A stretch of 64,000 bases of DNA from Macrostomum lignano (taxonomy: Eukaryota). Positions 37,285-52,029 of this stretch are shown here, in pieces. Below the pieces are notes generated by a model. That model worked only from the letters and a program-made list of their open reading frames with translations. It made no database searches and had not been told where the DNA came from. The number at the start of each line of letters is the position of its first letter. Within the stretch, counting starts at the first letter, position 1. The position numbers and the translations under genes are program-made. The stretch covers positions 62,001 through 126,000 of the forward strand of contig NIVC01001822.1 in NCBI GenBank assembly GCA_002269645.1. The letters run 5' to 3'.

Positions 37285-38055
37285 CACAGAAATCACCCCT
37301 TGCCCGAGGCAATCTCACAGAAATCACCCCTTGCCCGAGGCAATCTCACAGAAATCACCCCTTGCCCTATGGCAATCTCACAGAAATCACCCCTGTCCCT
37401 GAGGCAGTCTCACAGAAATCGCCCCTGTCCCTGAGGCAATCTCACAGAAATCGCCCCTGTCCCTGAGGCAATCTCACAGAAATCGCCCCTGTCCCTGAGG
37501 CAGTCTCACAGAAATCGCCCCTGTCCCTGAGGCAATCTCACAGAAATCGCCCCTGTCCCTGAGGCAGTCTCACAGAAATCGCCCCTGTCCCTGAGGCAAT
37601 CTCACAGAAATCGCCCCTGTCCCTGAGGCAATCTCACAGAAATCGCCCCTGTCCCTGAGGCAATCTCACAGAAATCGCCCCTGTCCCTGAGGCAATCTCA
37701 CAGAAATCGCCCCTGTCCCTGAGGCAATCTCACAGAAATCACCCCTGTCCCTGAGGCAATCTCGCAGAAATCTCCCCTTGCCCTGAGGCAATCTCGCAGA
37801 AATCTCCTCTTGCCCTGAGGCCCTTGCCCTGAGGCAATCTCGCAGAAATCTCCCCTTGCCCTGAGGCCCTTGCCCTGAGGCAATCTCGCAGAAATCTCCC
37901 CTTGCCCTAAGGCAATCTCGCAGAAATCTCCTCTTGCCCTGAGGCAATCTCACAGATATCTCCTCTTGCCCTGAGGCAAGGCAATCTCACAGAAATCGCC
38001 CCTGTCCCTGAGGCAATCTCGCTCAATCCACCACTGTAACTGAGGCAATCTCGCG
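37285..38055. repeat. 32-bp minisatellite upstream of MEK
   Basis: Unit gaggcaatctcacagaaatcgcccctgtccct; period 32 (37441, 37473). Confidence 0.93.
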
Positions 38056-38641
38056 CTATAGAATCCAGTTCAGTCGAGGCAAGTTATGTAATTAACTACG
38101 AGCGTAACGCGAACAGAGTTTTGGGTTTAGTAATTTCTCATTATGATCTCGAAATTGTGTTAGCATAGCACTGGTGTAGAAGTCTCTTTACTGTCGCTTC
38201 TAAGGCTTAAGCCTCCGCCCTGTGCACACCAACTGCATTCTATTATTACTAGGCCGTTGTCGCCCCCGAGGCCAAAAAACGTTCTCTTCCTCTTCATCCC
38301 TCTTCTTCTTCCTCATTTGCTTCCCTCTTTCTATTCGTCATCTTTCTCTGCCTCTCTTCCCCGCCCCGCATCTCTCCGGGGGGTACCATTAGGGATTATC
38401 GAGCTAGCAAGCTTCTTATCCCGCATCTCTCTCTCTTTGTTGAAGCAGTGCAGTGTATTAACTCATTCGACTTGCTTAGCGCTTTGGATAGAAGCTTTAG
38501 TGAAGATAAGAAAGATTTGATCGTGTTCCAATTTCTTTGCTTTATACTGTTGCCCGCCACCCAGCACTATTTCTGTTCTATTAGAAGTGACAGTTGCTAA
38601 AGCTTAATTTGAACTGATAAAAATCTAAAAGATCGCCCGAC

Positions 38642-38711
38642 ATGTTTAACAAGCATAGATTTCAAACGTTTGGTTCAACTTTGCGCACCTGTTCCGACAA
38701 CTTGTTGCAGG
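38642..38711 (+). CDS. Candidate first exon of MEK1/2 (coding or 5' UTR)
   Basis: ATG at 38642, MFNKHRFQTFGSTLRTCSDNLLQ, donor G|GTAATT. Phase 1 joins the acceptor at 39457 (or 39463) in frame. No sequence conservation recognised. Confidence 0.4.
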
Positions 38712-38869
38712 GTAATTATTTTGGTTTAAACTATCTGCTGTTTGTCTAGTAAAGTGTTTTGTTAATTTTTAAATTAACTAGGTAAAATTTGAAAGATTTA
38801 TTTTTATATTTTAGATTATTCTGAAGCGATTATTTTTTTAGAGCAATCCACAAATTTTTTATCACCATA

Positions 38870-39365
38870 CAATCCCCAGCATCTTCATCACCAAACAATC
38901 CCAGCATCTTCATCACCAAACTATCCCCAGCATCTTCATCACTAAACTATCCCCAGCATCTTCATCACCAAACTATTCCCAGCATCTTCATCACTAAACT
39001 ATCCCCAGCATCTTCATCACTAAACTATCCCCAGCATCTTCATCACCAAACTATTCCCAGCATCTTCATCACCAAACTATTCCCAGCATCTTCATCACCA
39101 AACTATCCCCAGCATCTTCATCACTAAACTATCCCCAGAATCTTCATCACCAAACTATCCCCAGCATCTTCATCACCAAACTATCCCCAGCATCTTCATC
39201 ACCAAACTATCCCCAGCATCTTCATCACCAAACTATCCCCAGCATCTTCATCACCAAACTATCCCCAGCATCTTCATCACCAAACTATCCTCAGCATCTT
39301 CATCACCAAACTATCCCCAGCATCTTCATCACCAAACTATCCCCAGCATCTTCATTCCCAAACAA
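38870..39365. repeat. 26-bp minisatellite (MEK intron 1)
   Basis: Unit catcttcatcaccaaactatccccag. Confidence 0.93.
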
Positions 39366-39457
39366 TCCCCAAAAGTCTCCAGCATCTCTGCCTCGACAAC
39401 ATAGCAAACTAATACTCAAAGCTGTTAGTACACACGAGCTATTTGTATTTAATCCAG

Positions 39458-40023
39458 CATTAGCTCAAATAACACAAAATTCGGCTTCAGTGAAGCGGTC
39501 GCTGCAGGTGCCTGGCCAATCCGCTGGTACACCATCGTCGTCGCCTCCGTCTGGCTCGGCGTCGGCAGCAGCGGAAGGCGCGGCAGCGGCCAGCAGCAGC
39601 AACACCAGCGTCAGCAGTTCCGGCAGCATGGAGGCTGGCTCCGGTTCGGGCTGCGGCAGCCGGCGCAACCTGATGAATCTCACCATAGCAACCACGCCAA
39701 GCGGCGCCGATTTGAATTCGCTAGAGCTTCGTCTGCATCAGCAGCAGCTGCAGGCGAAACAACAGCAGCAGGAGCAGCAGCAGCGGGGCCATCAGGACCT
39801 CGACGAGAGTCAACGCAAGCGTTTGGCAGAATTTGTTCAACGCAAGCGCAGCATAGGCGAATTGCGTCACGAAGACTTTGACGATATCGCCGAATTGGGC
39901 GCCGGATCCTCTGGCGTTGTTCAACGGGTGCTGCACAGGCCCACTAGACAGGCTATGGCTAGGAAGCTTATTCATTTGGAAATCAAGCCGTCTGTTAGGG
40001 CCCAGATTATCAGAGAGTTGGAG
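39458..40023 (+). CDS. MAP2K1: MAP kinase kinase MEK1/2, exon with D-site, helix A and kinase subdomains I-III
   Basis: RRNLMNLTI (ERK docking-like), [44 protein letters not shown]; donor GAG|GTTCGT. An alternative start ATG at 39628 gives a 405-aa protein. Confidence 0.93.
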
Positions 40024-40089
40024 GTTCGTGTTCCTCTAGTAGTTGAATTTGTACTTTTATGGAATTTACACTTCTAGTTTCAGTCTGGG

Positions 40090-40620
40090 GATGCTACGAC
40101 GTTAATCTGGGATTTGGGATTTTTAATTAGGATCTGGGAATATGGTATTCGAATTTGTGGGATTTGGGGTTTGTTATTGAGATCTGAGAATATGGTTTTC
40201 AAATTTGTGACATTTGGGATATCTTATTGGAATCTGGGAATATGGTTTTCAAATTTGTGAGATTTGGTGGATTTCTTATTGGGATCTGGGAATATGGTGT
40301 TCGAATTTGTGGAATTTGGTGGATTTCTTATTGGGATCTGGGAGTATGGGGTTCGAATTTGTGGGATTTGGTGGATTTCTTATTGGGATCTGGGAGTATG
40401 GTGTTCGAATTTGTGGGATTTGGTGGATTTCTTATTGGGATCTGGGAATATGGTTTTCAAATTTGTGAGATTTGGTGGATTTCTTATTGGGATCTGGGAG
40501 TATGGTGTTCGAATTTGTGGGATTTGGTGGATTTCTTATTGGGATCTGGAAAAGTGGTATTCAAATTTGTGGGATTTGGGATTTCTTATTGGGATCGAAT
40601 TTGTTGTGTTTAGGATTTCA
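40090..40620. repeat. 52-bp minisatellite (MEK intron 2)
   Basis: Period 52 (tattggga at 40381 and 40433). Confidence 0.9.
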
Positions 40621-40750
40621 ACTTAACTAGAGGTAATTGGTTATGGTATTCAAATTCGGGTTTTCGGGAAAATTAGTGGTTCTTAAAAAAATCACTGCCT
40701 AATTGGGTTGAGTTTAATAAAGTTCAATAAGCACTTTTCCAATTCCTCAG

Positions 40751-40974
40751 GTGCTGCACTCGTGCAACAGTCCCTACATCATCGGCTACTTCGGCGCCTA
40801 TTTTGTGGACTCCTCCGCCACCATCTGCATCTGCATGGAGTACATGAACGCTGGATCGCTAGATCTGGTGCTCACTAAAGCTGGCCGACTGCCCGAACCG
40901 ATTGTGGCCAAGATTAGCTGTTCCGTGCTCAAGGGGCTCATCTATCTGAGGGAGAATATTAACTGTCTGCATAG
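40751..40974 (+). CDS. MAP2K1: MEK1/2 exon (subdomains IV-VIa)
   Basis: [41 protein letters not shown]; acceptor ttcctcag|, donor AG|GTGAGG. Confidence 0.95.
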
Positions 40975-41074
40975 GTGAGGCGGTGTGTGCTTTTAATATT
41001 TGTTATAAATGATGACAAGAAACTGGTGGTGTAAGTAGCGGAAGCAGATATCAGGATATCAAAGGTAGGTCATT

Positions 41075-41340
41075 ATAGATATGAGAAGAGACAGTGGTAG
41101 ATGTGAGAATAGACAGTTGTAGATATGAGAAGAAACAGTGGTAGATATGAGAAGAGAAAGTGGTAGATATGAGAAGAAACAGTGGTAGATATGAGAAGAG
41201 AAAGTGGTAGATATGAGAAGAGACAGTGGTAGATATGAGAATCGACAGTGGTAGATATTAGAATCGACAGTGGTAGATATGAGAAAAGACAGTGGTAGAT
41301 ATGAGAAGAGAAAGTGGTAGATATGAGAAGAGACAGTGTG
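41075..41340. repeat. 22-bp minisatellite (MEK intron 3)
   Basis: Unit acagtggtagatatgagaagag. Confidence 0.9.
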
Positions 41341-42059
41341 AGTATCGCTTAAGCTTATTAGGTATGTAGATGTTAAGAGATAAGAGACGAGAGAGGCACT
41401 GGGGATATAGTGAAGAGTTACATTGCCACTGCACTGTCTCTGGTTGCATAGGCAAGTTACGACGGTTGTCAATTAGTCTTTGCTAGGATCCGGATGCTTT
41501 GATGGGGGGGGGGTACGAACAGGATGACAGCGCCCGAGATAAGATTATTATTACGATAAGATATTATTACAAAGGATGGAAAATGCTCTCATTGAGGCAG
41601 TTAGAATTTTTTGTGGTCACAAAAACTCATTGGATATCTCTATTGTGCGTGTAGCCTTTGAGATTTGAATTCAACAGTAAAAGTTCCAGACGTCTAGCTG
41701 CTTATTCTTGAGGTTGCCATGACAACAATCGGCTTAGCAACTTAGGCTTTCACCTACTTGCAACTCTTAGAGATGCAAAATAGACTGTGTCATGAAATCT
41801 GCGCACGCCTTTCTGCTCTGCTTCTGCGATTTCTATAGCCCATAGTGCTTATACAATACAAGCATTTGACGCTTTGAAAACCAGTCCGACATGACTGCTA
41901 CTACATGTAACTGCTAGCTCTATAGGGCTCTTTGAGGAATCCTTTCCGGCCAAGTAAATAAAGTTCATCGATGCTCTCTTTTAATGCTAGAAGTATGGGC
42001 AACCCAGGTTTTTATATTCAATTTGCATCAATAGTCAATCTAAATTGGCACCACTAGTC

Positions 42060-45000
42060 AGCATCATTAGCGTCACAATTCAGCATCATCATTAGCGTCA
42101 CAATTCAGCATCATCATTAGCGTCACAATTCAGCATCATCATTAGCGTCACAATTCAGCATCATCATTAGCGTCACAATTCAGCATCATCATTAGCGTCA
42201 CAATTCAGCATCATCATTAGCGTCACAATTCAGCATCATCATTAGCGTCACAATTCAGCATCATCATTAGCGTCACAATTCAGCATCATCATTAGCGTCA
42301 CAATTCAGCATCATCATTAGCGTCACAATTCAGCATCATCATTAGCGTCACAATTCAGCATCATCATTAGCGTCACAATTCAGCATCATCATTAGCGTCA
42401 CAATTCAGCATCATCATTAGCGTCACAATTCAGCATCATCATTAGCGTCACAATTCAGCATCATCATTAGCGTCACAATTCAGCATCATCATTAGCGTCA
42501 CAATTCAGCATCATCATTAGCGTCACAATTCAGCATCATCATTAGCGTCACAATTCAGCATCATCATTAGCGTCACAATTCAGCATCATCATTAGCGTCA
42601 CAATTCAGCATCATCATTAGCGTCACAATTCAGCATCATCATTAGCGTCACAATTCAGCATCATCATTAGCGTCATAATTGAGAATCATCATTAGCGTCA
42701 CAATTCAGCATCATCATTAGCGTCATAATTGAGAATCATCATTAGCGTCACAATTCAGCATCATCATTAGCGTCACAATTCAGCATCATCATTAGCGTCA
42801 CAATTCAGCATCATCATTAGCGTCACAATTCAGCATCATTAGCGTCACAATTCAGCATCATCATTAGCGTCACAATTCAGCATCATCATTAGCGTCAAAA
42901 TTCAGCATCATCATTAGCGTCACAATTCAGCATCATCATTAGCGTCAAAATTGAGCATCATCATTAGCGTCACAATTCAGCATCATCATTAGCGTCAAAA
43001 TTGAGCATCATCATTAGCGTCAAAATTCAGCATCATCATTAGCGTCACAATTCAGCATCATCATTAGCGTCATAATTGAGAATCATCATTAGCGTCACAA
43101 TTCAGCATCATCATTAGCGTCATAATTGAGAATCATCATTAGCGTCACAATTCAGCATCATCATTAGCGTCACAATTCAGCATCATCATTAGCGTCAAAA
43201 TTCAGCATCATCATTAGCGTCACAATTAAGAATCATCATTAGTGTCATAATTGAGAATCATCATTAGCGTCACAATTAAGAATCATCATTAGTGTCATAA
43301 TTGAGAATCATCATTAGCGTCACAATTCAGCATCATCATTAGCGTCACAATTCAGCATCATCATTAGCGTCACAATTCAGCATCATCATTAGCGTCACAA
43401 TTCAGCATCATCATTAGCGTCACAATTCAGCATCATCATTAGCGTCACAATTCAGCATCATCATTAGCGTCACAATTCAGCATCATCATTAGCGTCACAA
43501 TTCAGCATCATCATTAGCGTCACAATTCAGCATCATTAGCGTCACAATTCAGCATCATCATTAGCGTCACAATTCAGCATCATCATTAGCGTCAAAATTC
43601 AGCATCATCATTAGCGTCACAATTCAGCATCATCATTAGCGTCAAAATTCAGCATCATCATTAGCGTCACAATTCAGCATCATCATTAGCGTCAAAATTG
43701 AGCATCATCATTAGCGTCACAATTCAGCATCATCATTAGCGTCACAATTCAGCATCATTAGCGTCACAATTCAGCATCATCATTAGCGTCACAATTCAGC
43801 ATCATCATTAGCGTCACAATTCAGCATCATCATTAGCGTCACAATTCAGCATCATCATTAGCGTCACAATTCAGCATCATCATTAGCGTCACAATTCAGC
43901 ATCATCATTAGCGTCACAATTCAGCATCATCATTAGCGTCATAATTGAGAATCATCATTAGCGTCACAATTCAGCATCATCATTAGCGTCATAATTGGGA
44001 ATCATCATTAGCGTCACAATTCAGCATCATCATTAGCGTCACAATTCAGCATCATCATTAGCGTCAAAATTCAGCATCATCATTAGCGTCACAATTCAGC
44101 ATCATCATTAGCGTCACAATTCAGCATCATCATTAGCGTCACAATTAAGAATCATCATTAGTGTCATAATTGAGAATCATCATTAGCGTCACAATTCAGC
44201 ATCATCATTAGCGTCACAATTCAGCATCATCATTAGCGTCACAATTCAGCATCATCATTAGCGTCACAATTCAGCATCATCATTAGCGTCACAATTCAGC
44301 ATCATCATTAGCGTCACAATTCAGCATCATCATTAGCGTCACAATTCAGCATCATCATTAGCGTCACAACTGACATCATTAGCGTCACAACTGACGACAT
44401 CATTAGCGACACAATTGACGACATTATTAGCGACACAATTGGCGACATTATTAGCGACACAATTGACGACATTATTAGCGACACAATTGACGACATTATT
44501 AGCGACACAATTGACGACATTATTAGCGACACAATTGACGACATCATTAGCGACACAATTGACAAAATTATTAGCGACACAATTGACGACATCATTAGCA
44601 ACACAATTGACAAAATTATTAGCGACACAATTGACGACATCATTAGCGACACAATTGACGACATTATTAGCGACACAATTGACGACATTATTAGCGACAC
44701 AATTGACGACATCATTAGCGACACAATTGACAAAATTATTAGCGACACAATTGACGACATCATTAGCAACACAATTGACAAAATTATTAGCGACACAATT
44801 GACGACATCATTAGCGACACAATTGACGACATCATTAGTGACACAATTGACGACATTATTAGAGACACAATTGACGACATTATTAGCGACACAATTGACG
44901 ACATTATTAGCGACACAATTGACGACATTATTAGCGACACAATTGACAAAATTATTAGCGACACAATTGACGACATCATTAGCGACACAATTGACAAAAT

Positions 45001-45130
45001 TATTAGCGACACAATTGACGACATCATTAGCGACACAATTGACGACTTCATTAGTGACACAATTGACGACATCATTAGCGACACAATTGACGATATCATT
45101 AGCGACACAATTGACATCATTAGCGACACA
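42060..45130. repeat. Compound minisatellite (MEK intron 3): 25-bp unit changing to a related 24-bp unit near 44390
   Basis: cattagcgtcacaattcagcatcat (period 25), then ttagcgacacaattgacgacatta (period 24). Confidence 0.95.
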
Positions 45131-45254
45131 AGTCTACAGCATTCCTAATTGGCGTCAGACAGACCTATATGTATATTAGAGGCAATACAAGATGTCCCTC
45201 ATAATGGATGCTTCATTCAGGTCTAATCAATATATCCATCATGAATATTTCTAG

Positions 45255-45580
45255 AGACGTGAAGCCCTCCAACATCCTGGTTAGTCTGGAAGGCGACTGC
45301 AAACTGTGCGATTTTGGCGTCTCCGGCCAGCTAATCGACAGTCTGGCCAACAGTTTCGTTGGCACCCGGTCCTATATGGCGCCGGAACGACTCAATGGCG
45401 AAGAGTACTCAATATTGTCTGACGTTTGGTCTATAGGCCTAAGCCTGGTCGAGCTGGCCACTGGTCGCTATCCCATTCCGCAGCCGGATAGCCGGGACTA
45501 CACCAGCGCTTTCAGCAGCGACCGCCAAAGAAATCTGGCCGAGCATAGGGAGGCCGCTGTTAAGGGCACGCGGCTGAGAG
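45255..45580 (+). CDS. MAP2K1: MEK1/2 exon (catalytic and activation loops)
   Basis: [62 protein letters not shown]; acceptor tttctag|, donor G|GTGAGC. Confidence 0.97.
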
Positions 45581-45589
45581 GTGAGCGAG

Positions 45590-48265
45590 AGTATCATCCT
45601 GAAATCACATTTAGTATCATCCTGACATCACATTTAGTATCAGCCTGAAATCACATTTAGTATCATACTGACATCACATTTAGTATCATCCTGACATGGC
45701 ATTTAGTATCATCCTGACATCACATTTAGTATCATCCTGACATCACATTTAGTATCATCCTGACATCACATTTAGTAGCATACTGACATCACATTTCTTA
45801 GCATACTGACATCACATTTCTTAGCATACTGACATCACATTTATTAGCATACTGACATCACATTTAGTATCATCCTGAAATCACATTTAGTATCATCCTG
45901 AAATCACATTTAGTATCATCCTGACATCGCATTTAGTATCATCCTGACATCACATTTCTTAGCATACTGACATCACATTTAGTAGCATACTGACATCACA
46001 TTTAGTATCATCCTGAAATCACATTTAGTATCATCCTGAAATCACATTTAGTATCATCCTGACATCGCATTTAGTATCATCCTGACATCACATTTCTTAG
46101 CATACTGACATCACATTTATTAGCATACTGACATCACATTTAGTATCATCCTGAAATCACATTTAGTATCATCCTGAAATCACATTTAGTATCATCCTGA
46201 CATCACATTTAGTATCATCCTGAAATCACATTTAGTATCATCCTGACATCACATTTAGTATCATCCTGAAATCACATTTAGTATCATCCTGACATCACAT
46301 TTAGTAGCATACTGACATCACATTTAGTATCATCCTGAAATCACATTTAGTATCATCCTGACATCGCATTTAGTATCATCCTGACATCACATTTCTTAGC
46401 ATACTGACATCACATTTATTAGCATACTGACATCACATTTAGTATCATCCTGAAATCACATTTAGTATCATCCTGACATCGCATTTAGTATCATCCTGAC
46501 ATCGCATTTAGTATCATTCTGACATCGCATTTAGTATCATCCTGACATGGCATTTAGTATCATCCTGACATCGCATTTAGTATCATCCTGACATGGCATT
46601 TAGTATCATCCTGACATGGCATTTAGTATCATTCTGACATCGCATTTAGTATCATCCTGAAATCACATTTAGTATCATCCTGACATGGCATTTAGTATCA
46701 TCCTGACATCACATTTAGTAGCATACTGACATCACATTTCTTAGCATACTGACATCACATTTAGTAGCATACTGACATCACATTTAGTAGCATACTGACA
46801 TCGCATTTAGTATCATCCTGAAATCACATTTAGTATCATCCTGACATCGCATTTAGTATCATCCTGACATCACATTTCTTAGCATACTGACATCACATTT
46901 AGTAGCATACTGACATCACATTTAGTATCATCCTGAAATCACATTTAGTATCATCCTGACATCGCATTTAGTATCATCCTGACATGGCATTTAGTATCAT
47001 TCTGACATCGCATTTAGTATCATCCTGAAATCACATTTAGTATCATCCTGACATCGCATTTAGTATCATCCTGAAATCACACATTTAGTATCATCCTGAC
47101 ATCGCATTTAGTATCATCCTGACATGGCATTTAGTATCATCCTGACATCACATTTAGTAGCATACTGACATCACATTTAGTAGCATACTGACATCACATT
47201 TATTAGCATACTGACATCACATTTAGTATCATCCTGACATCGCATTTAGTATCATCCTGACATCACATTTAGTAGCATACTGACATCACATTTAGTATCA
47301 TTCTGACATCGCATTTAGTATCATCCTGAAATCACATTTAGTATCATCCTGACATCACATTTAGTAGCATACTGACATCACATTTCTTAGCATACTGACA
47401 TCACATTTAGTATCATCCTGAAATCACATTTCTTAGCATACTAACATCACATTTATTAGCATACTGACATCACATTTCTTAGCATAATGACATCACATTT
47501 AGTATCGATCATCCTGACATCACATTTAGTAGCATACTGACCACATTTCTTACCATACTGACATCACATTTAGTAGCATACTGACATCACATTTAGTAGC
47601 ATACTGACATCGCATTTAGTATCATCCTGACATCACATTTAGTATCATCCTGAAATCGCATTTAGTATCATTCTGACATCACATTTGGTATGATCCTGAC
47701 ATCACATTTAGTATCATACTGACATCACATTTAGTATAATTCTGACATCATATTTAGTATCATACTGACATCGCATTTAGTATAATTCTGACTGACATCG
47801 CATTTAGTATCATCCTGACATCACATTTAGTATCATCCTGAAATCACATTTAGTATCATTCTGACATCACATTTGGTATGATCCTGACATCACATTTAGT
47901 ATCATTCTGACATCACATTTGGTATGATCCTGACATCACATTTAGTATCATACTGACATCACATTTAGTATCATCCTGACATCACATTTAGTATCATCCT
48001 GAAATCACATTTAGTATCATCCTGACATCGCATTTAGTATAATCCTGACATCGCATTTAGTATCATCCTGAAATCACATTTAGTATCATTCTGACATCAC
48101 ATTTGGTATGATCCTGACATCACATTTAGTATCATACTGACATCACATTTAGTATCATCCTGACATCACATTTAGTATCATCCTGAAATCACATTTAGTA
48201 TCATTCTGACATCGCATTTAGTATAATCCTGACATCGCATTTAGTATAATCCTGACATGGCATTT
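45590..48265. repeat. 23-bp minisatellite (MEK intron 4)
   Basis: Unit tcacatttagtatcatcctgaca; period 23. Confidence 0.95.
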
Positions 48266-48799
48266 AAAATGATTTAAAATCAATCTCTTCATTTTAATGA
48301 CATAGATTTTGCTTGTTAATTAATGCGTCCCGTCACTCTTCATGATCTCAGGACATTGCAAAGAGAATCGATATGCAATATTTGTCTGTAGAATTGCCCC
48401 TCGAAAAACTCAATCATCCCAGCCTTGTTCGGCACCCGCTGTCGGTTTGGTGTTCAAAATAAAAGTGCGTTCAATATGCTCTGTCCGTCTCTCTCGTCAT
48501 CTTGTGATCATCTTGGCCAGTTCCCATGCTACTCGGCGATTTCTTTTTCGCTTAATCCCCGTTTTACAAAGCTCCACTTCTGCACGCCACTCAGGGCACT
48601 GAAAGGACTGGGTAGAAAGCAAGATAAAAATCAGAACTAATCCAGGAAGATGAAAAAGCGCAACGTTGCGAATGTGTATGCATTTCTTAGAAATTTAGAC
48701 TGACATTTTTATGCATAATTTTAAACTGTCTGAAACTTATAATTTATGTGCGAATCTGACATTTTAAAAGCTGTTTTCATCATCCTTTGACATTGGTTA

Positions 48800-51422
48800 G
48801 TGAGAATCGCCCCTAAAAAGCAGTGAGAATCGCCCCTAAAAAGCAGTGAGAATCACCCCTAAAAAGCAGTGAGAATCGCCCCAAGAAAACATTGAGAATC
48901 GCTCAAAAAGCAGTGAGAATCGCCCCATAAACATTGAGAATCGCTCAAAAAGCAGTGAGAATCGCCCCATAAACATTGAGAATCGCCCCAGAAATCATTG
49001 AGAATCGCCCCAAAAATCATTAAGAATCGCCCAAAAACATTGAGAATCGCCCCAAGAAATCATTGAGAATCGCCCCAAGAAATCATCGAGAATCGCCCAA
49101 AAACATTGAAAATCGTTCCAAGAAATCATTGAGAATCGCCCAAAAACATTGAGAATCGCCCCAAGAAATCATTGAGAATCGCCCCAAGAAATCATTGAGA
49201 ATCGCCCCAAGAAATCATTGAGAATCGCCCCAAAAATCATTAAGAATCGCCCAATAAACATTGAGAATCGCCCCAAAAACATTGAAATCGCCCCAAGAAA
49301 TCATTGAGAATCGCCCCAAAAACATCGAGAATCGCCCCAAAAACATTGAGAATCGCCCCAAGAAATCATTGAGAATCGCCCAAAAACATTGAGAATCGCC
49401 CCAAGAAATCATTGAGAATCGCCCCAAGAAATCATTGAGAATCGCCCCAAGAAATCATTGAGAATCGCCCCAAAAATCATTAAGAATCGCCCCAAAAATC
49501 ATTAAGAATCGCCCAATAAACATTGAGAATCGCCCCAAAAACATCGAGAATCGCCTCAAAAACATTGAAAATCGCCCCAAGAAATCATCGATAATCGCCC
49601 CAAAAAATCATCGATAATCGCCCCAAAAACATTGAAAATCGCCCCAAGAAATCATCGATAATCGCCCCAAAAACATTGAGAATCGCCCCAAGAAATCATT
49701 GAGAATCGCCCCAAAAATCATTAAGAATCGCCCAATAAACATTGAGAATCGCCCCAAAAATCATCGAGAATCGCCCAAGAAATCATCGATAATCGCCCCA
49801 AGAAATCATCGATAATCGCCCAAAAACATTGAGAATCGCCCCAAAAACATTGAGAATCGCCCAAGAAATCATTGAGAATCGCCCCAAGAAATCATTGAGA
49901 ATCGCCCCAAAAATCATTGAGAATCGCCCAAGAAATCATCGAGAATCGCCCCAAAAACATTGAAATCGTTCCAAGAAATCATTGAGAATCGCCCCAAAAA
50001 TCATTAAGAATCGCCCAATAAACATTGAGAATCGCCCCAAAAACATTGAAATCGCCCAAGAAATCATTGAGAATCGCCCCAAAAACATTGAGAATCGCCC
50101 CTACAAGCAGTATCATAATACTGTATATCAATACTAAGAATCGCCCCAAAAACATTGAGAATCGCCCCTACAAGCAGTATCGTAATACTGTATATCAATA
50201 CTAAGAATCGCCTTAAAAACATTGAGAATCGCCCCTACAAGCAGTATCGTAATACTGTATATCAATACTAAGAATCGCCCCAAAAACATTGAGAATCGCC
50301 CCTACAAGCAGTATCGTAATACTGTATATCAATACTAAGAATCGCCCCAAAAACATTGAGAATCGCCCCTACAAGCAGTATCGTAATACTGTATATCAAT
50401 ACTAAGAATCGCCCCAAAAACATTGAGAATCGCCCCTACAAGCAGTATCGTAATACTGTATATCAATACTAAGAATCGCCCCAAAAACATTGAGAATCGC
50501 CCCCTACAAGCAGTATCGTAATACTGTATATCAATACTAAGAATCGCCCCAAAAACATTGAGAATCGCCCCTACAAGCAGTATCGTAATACTGTATATCA
50601 ATACTAAGAATCGCCCCAAAAACATTGAGAATCGCCCCTACAAGCAGTATCGTAATACTGTATATCAATACTAAGAATCGCCCCAAAAACATTGAGAATC
50701 GCCCCTACAAGCAGTATCGTAATACTGTATATCAATACTAAGAATCGCCCCAAAAACATTGAGAATCGCCCCTACAAGCAGTATCGTAATACTGTATATC
50801 AATACTAAGAATCGCCCCAAAAACATTGAGAATCGCCCCTACAAGCAGTATCGTAATACTGTATATCAATACTAAGAATCGCCCCAAAAACATTGAGAAT
50901 CGCCCCTACAAGCAGTATCATAATACTGTATATCAATACTAAGAATCGCCCCAAAAACATTGAGAATCGCCCCTACAAGCAGTATCATAATACTGTATAT
51001 CAATACTAAGAATCGCCCCAAAAACATTGAGAATCGCCCCTACAAGCAGTATCATAATACTGTATATCAATACTAAGAATCGCCCCAAAAACATTGAGAA
51101 TCGCCCCTACAAGCAGTATCGTAATACTGTATATCAATACTAAGAATCGCCCCAAAAACATTGAGAATCGCCCCTACAAGCAGTATCATAATACTGTATA
51201 TCAATACTAAGAATCGCCCCAAAAACATTGAGAATCGCCCCTACAAGCAGTATCGTAATACTGTATATCAATACTAAGAATCGCCCCAAAAACATTGAGA
51301 ATCGCCCCTACAAGCAGTATCGTAATACTGTATATCAATACTAAGAATCGCCCCAAAAACATTGAGAATCGCCCCTACAAGCAGTATCGTAATACTGTAT
51401 ATCAATACTAAGAATCGCCCCC
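48800..51422. repeat. Compound minisatellite (MEK intron 4): 21-23-bp gagaatcgcccc units changing to a 67-bp unit near 50090
   Basis: gagaatcgccccaagaaatcatt variants, then period 67 (atcgcccc at 50341 and 50408). The array ends ~13 nt before the acceptor AG. Confidence 0.95.
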
Positions 51423-51435
51423 CTCGCTACCGCAG

Positions 51436-51707
51436 GCATGGAGCCGCCCCAGAACGGGCCGAAGCAGATGGCCATATTCGAGCTGCTATCCTACATTGTC
51501 TATCAGCAGCCGCCGAAGCTGCCCAGCTTTGCTTTCAGTGAAAATATCTGCGACTTTGTGGATTGTTGTCTGCGCAAAAATCCTAAAGAACGGCTGGGCT
51601 TAGAGAGCCTGTTGAAGCACGCGTTTATTCAGAGTTACGAACAAAATCAGGAACCGGAGATCTGTCTGGGCAATTACCTGCGAGCTGTGTTGGCTGATGA
51701 GGCTTGA
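51436..51707 (+). CDS. MAP2K1: MEK1/2 terminal exon
   Basis: Acceptor ctaccgcag|; [40 protein letters not shown]; stop at 51705-51707. Confidence 0.95.
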
Positions 51708-52029
51708 ACTAAAAAAATTACCTTGTCAAACTGGTATAATAATAATAATAACTATACTATAATATAATTCTCGTACTCTCGCGTGTGTAATCGTGGTCTC
51801 AGTTTATAGAATACGGTGTAATATCAGTCATTGTGCCCGCATTTCCAAGTGTCCCTTCTGCTAGTCTGTGTTTTCAGTGTTATTGTTTTTTTGTCCTCTG
51901 TGTCTTTTGTTTGCTTCGCATTTTGCTGTGTCAGTTTCGCTACAATAGCCTATGGCTTTGCTCCATCTCTCTCTCACATTCGCGTTTCTGGTGTACTTCA
52001 CAACAGTCTCTTGGTCTCAAGCATTCCAT

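Noticed and set aside
40214-45179. Repeat ORFs in MEK introns (GFLIGIWEYG, SSIVSLM, TTLLATQL)
   Set aside because: Minisatellite translations located between canonical MEK splice sites.
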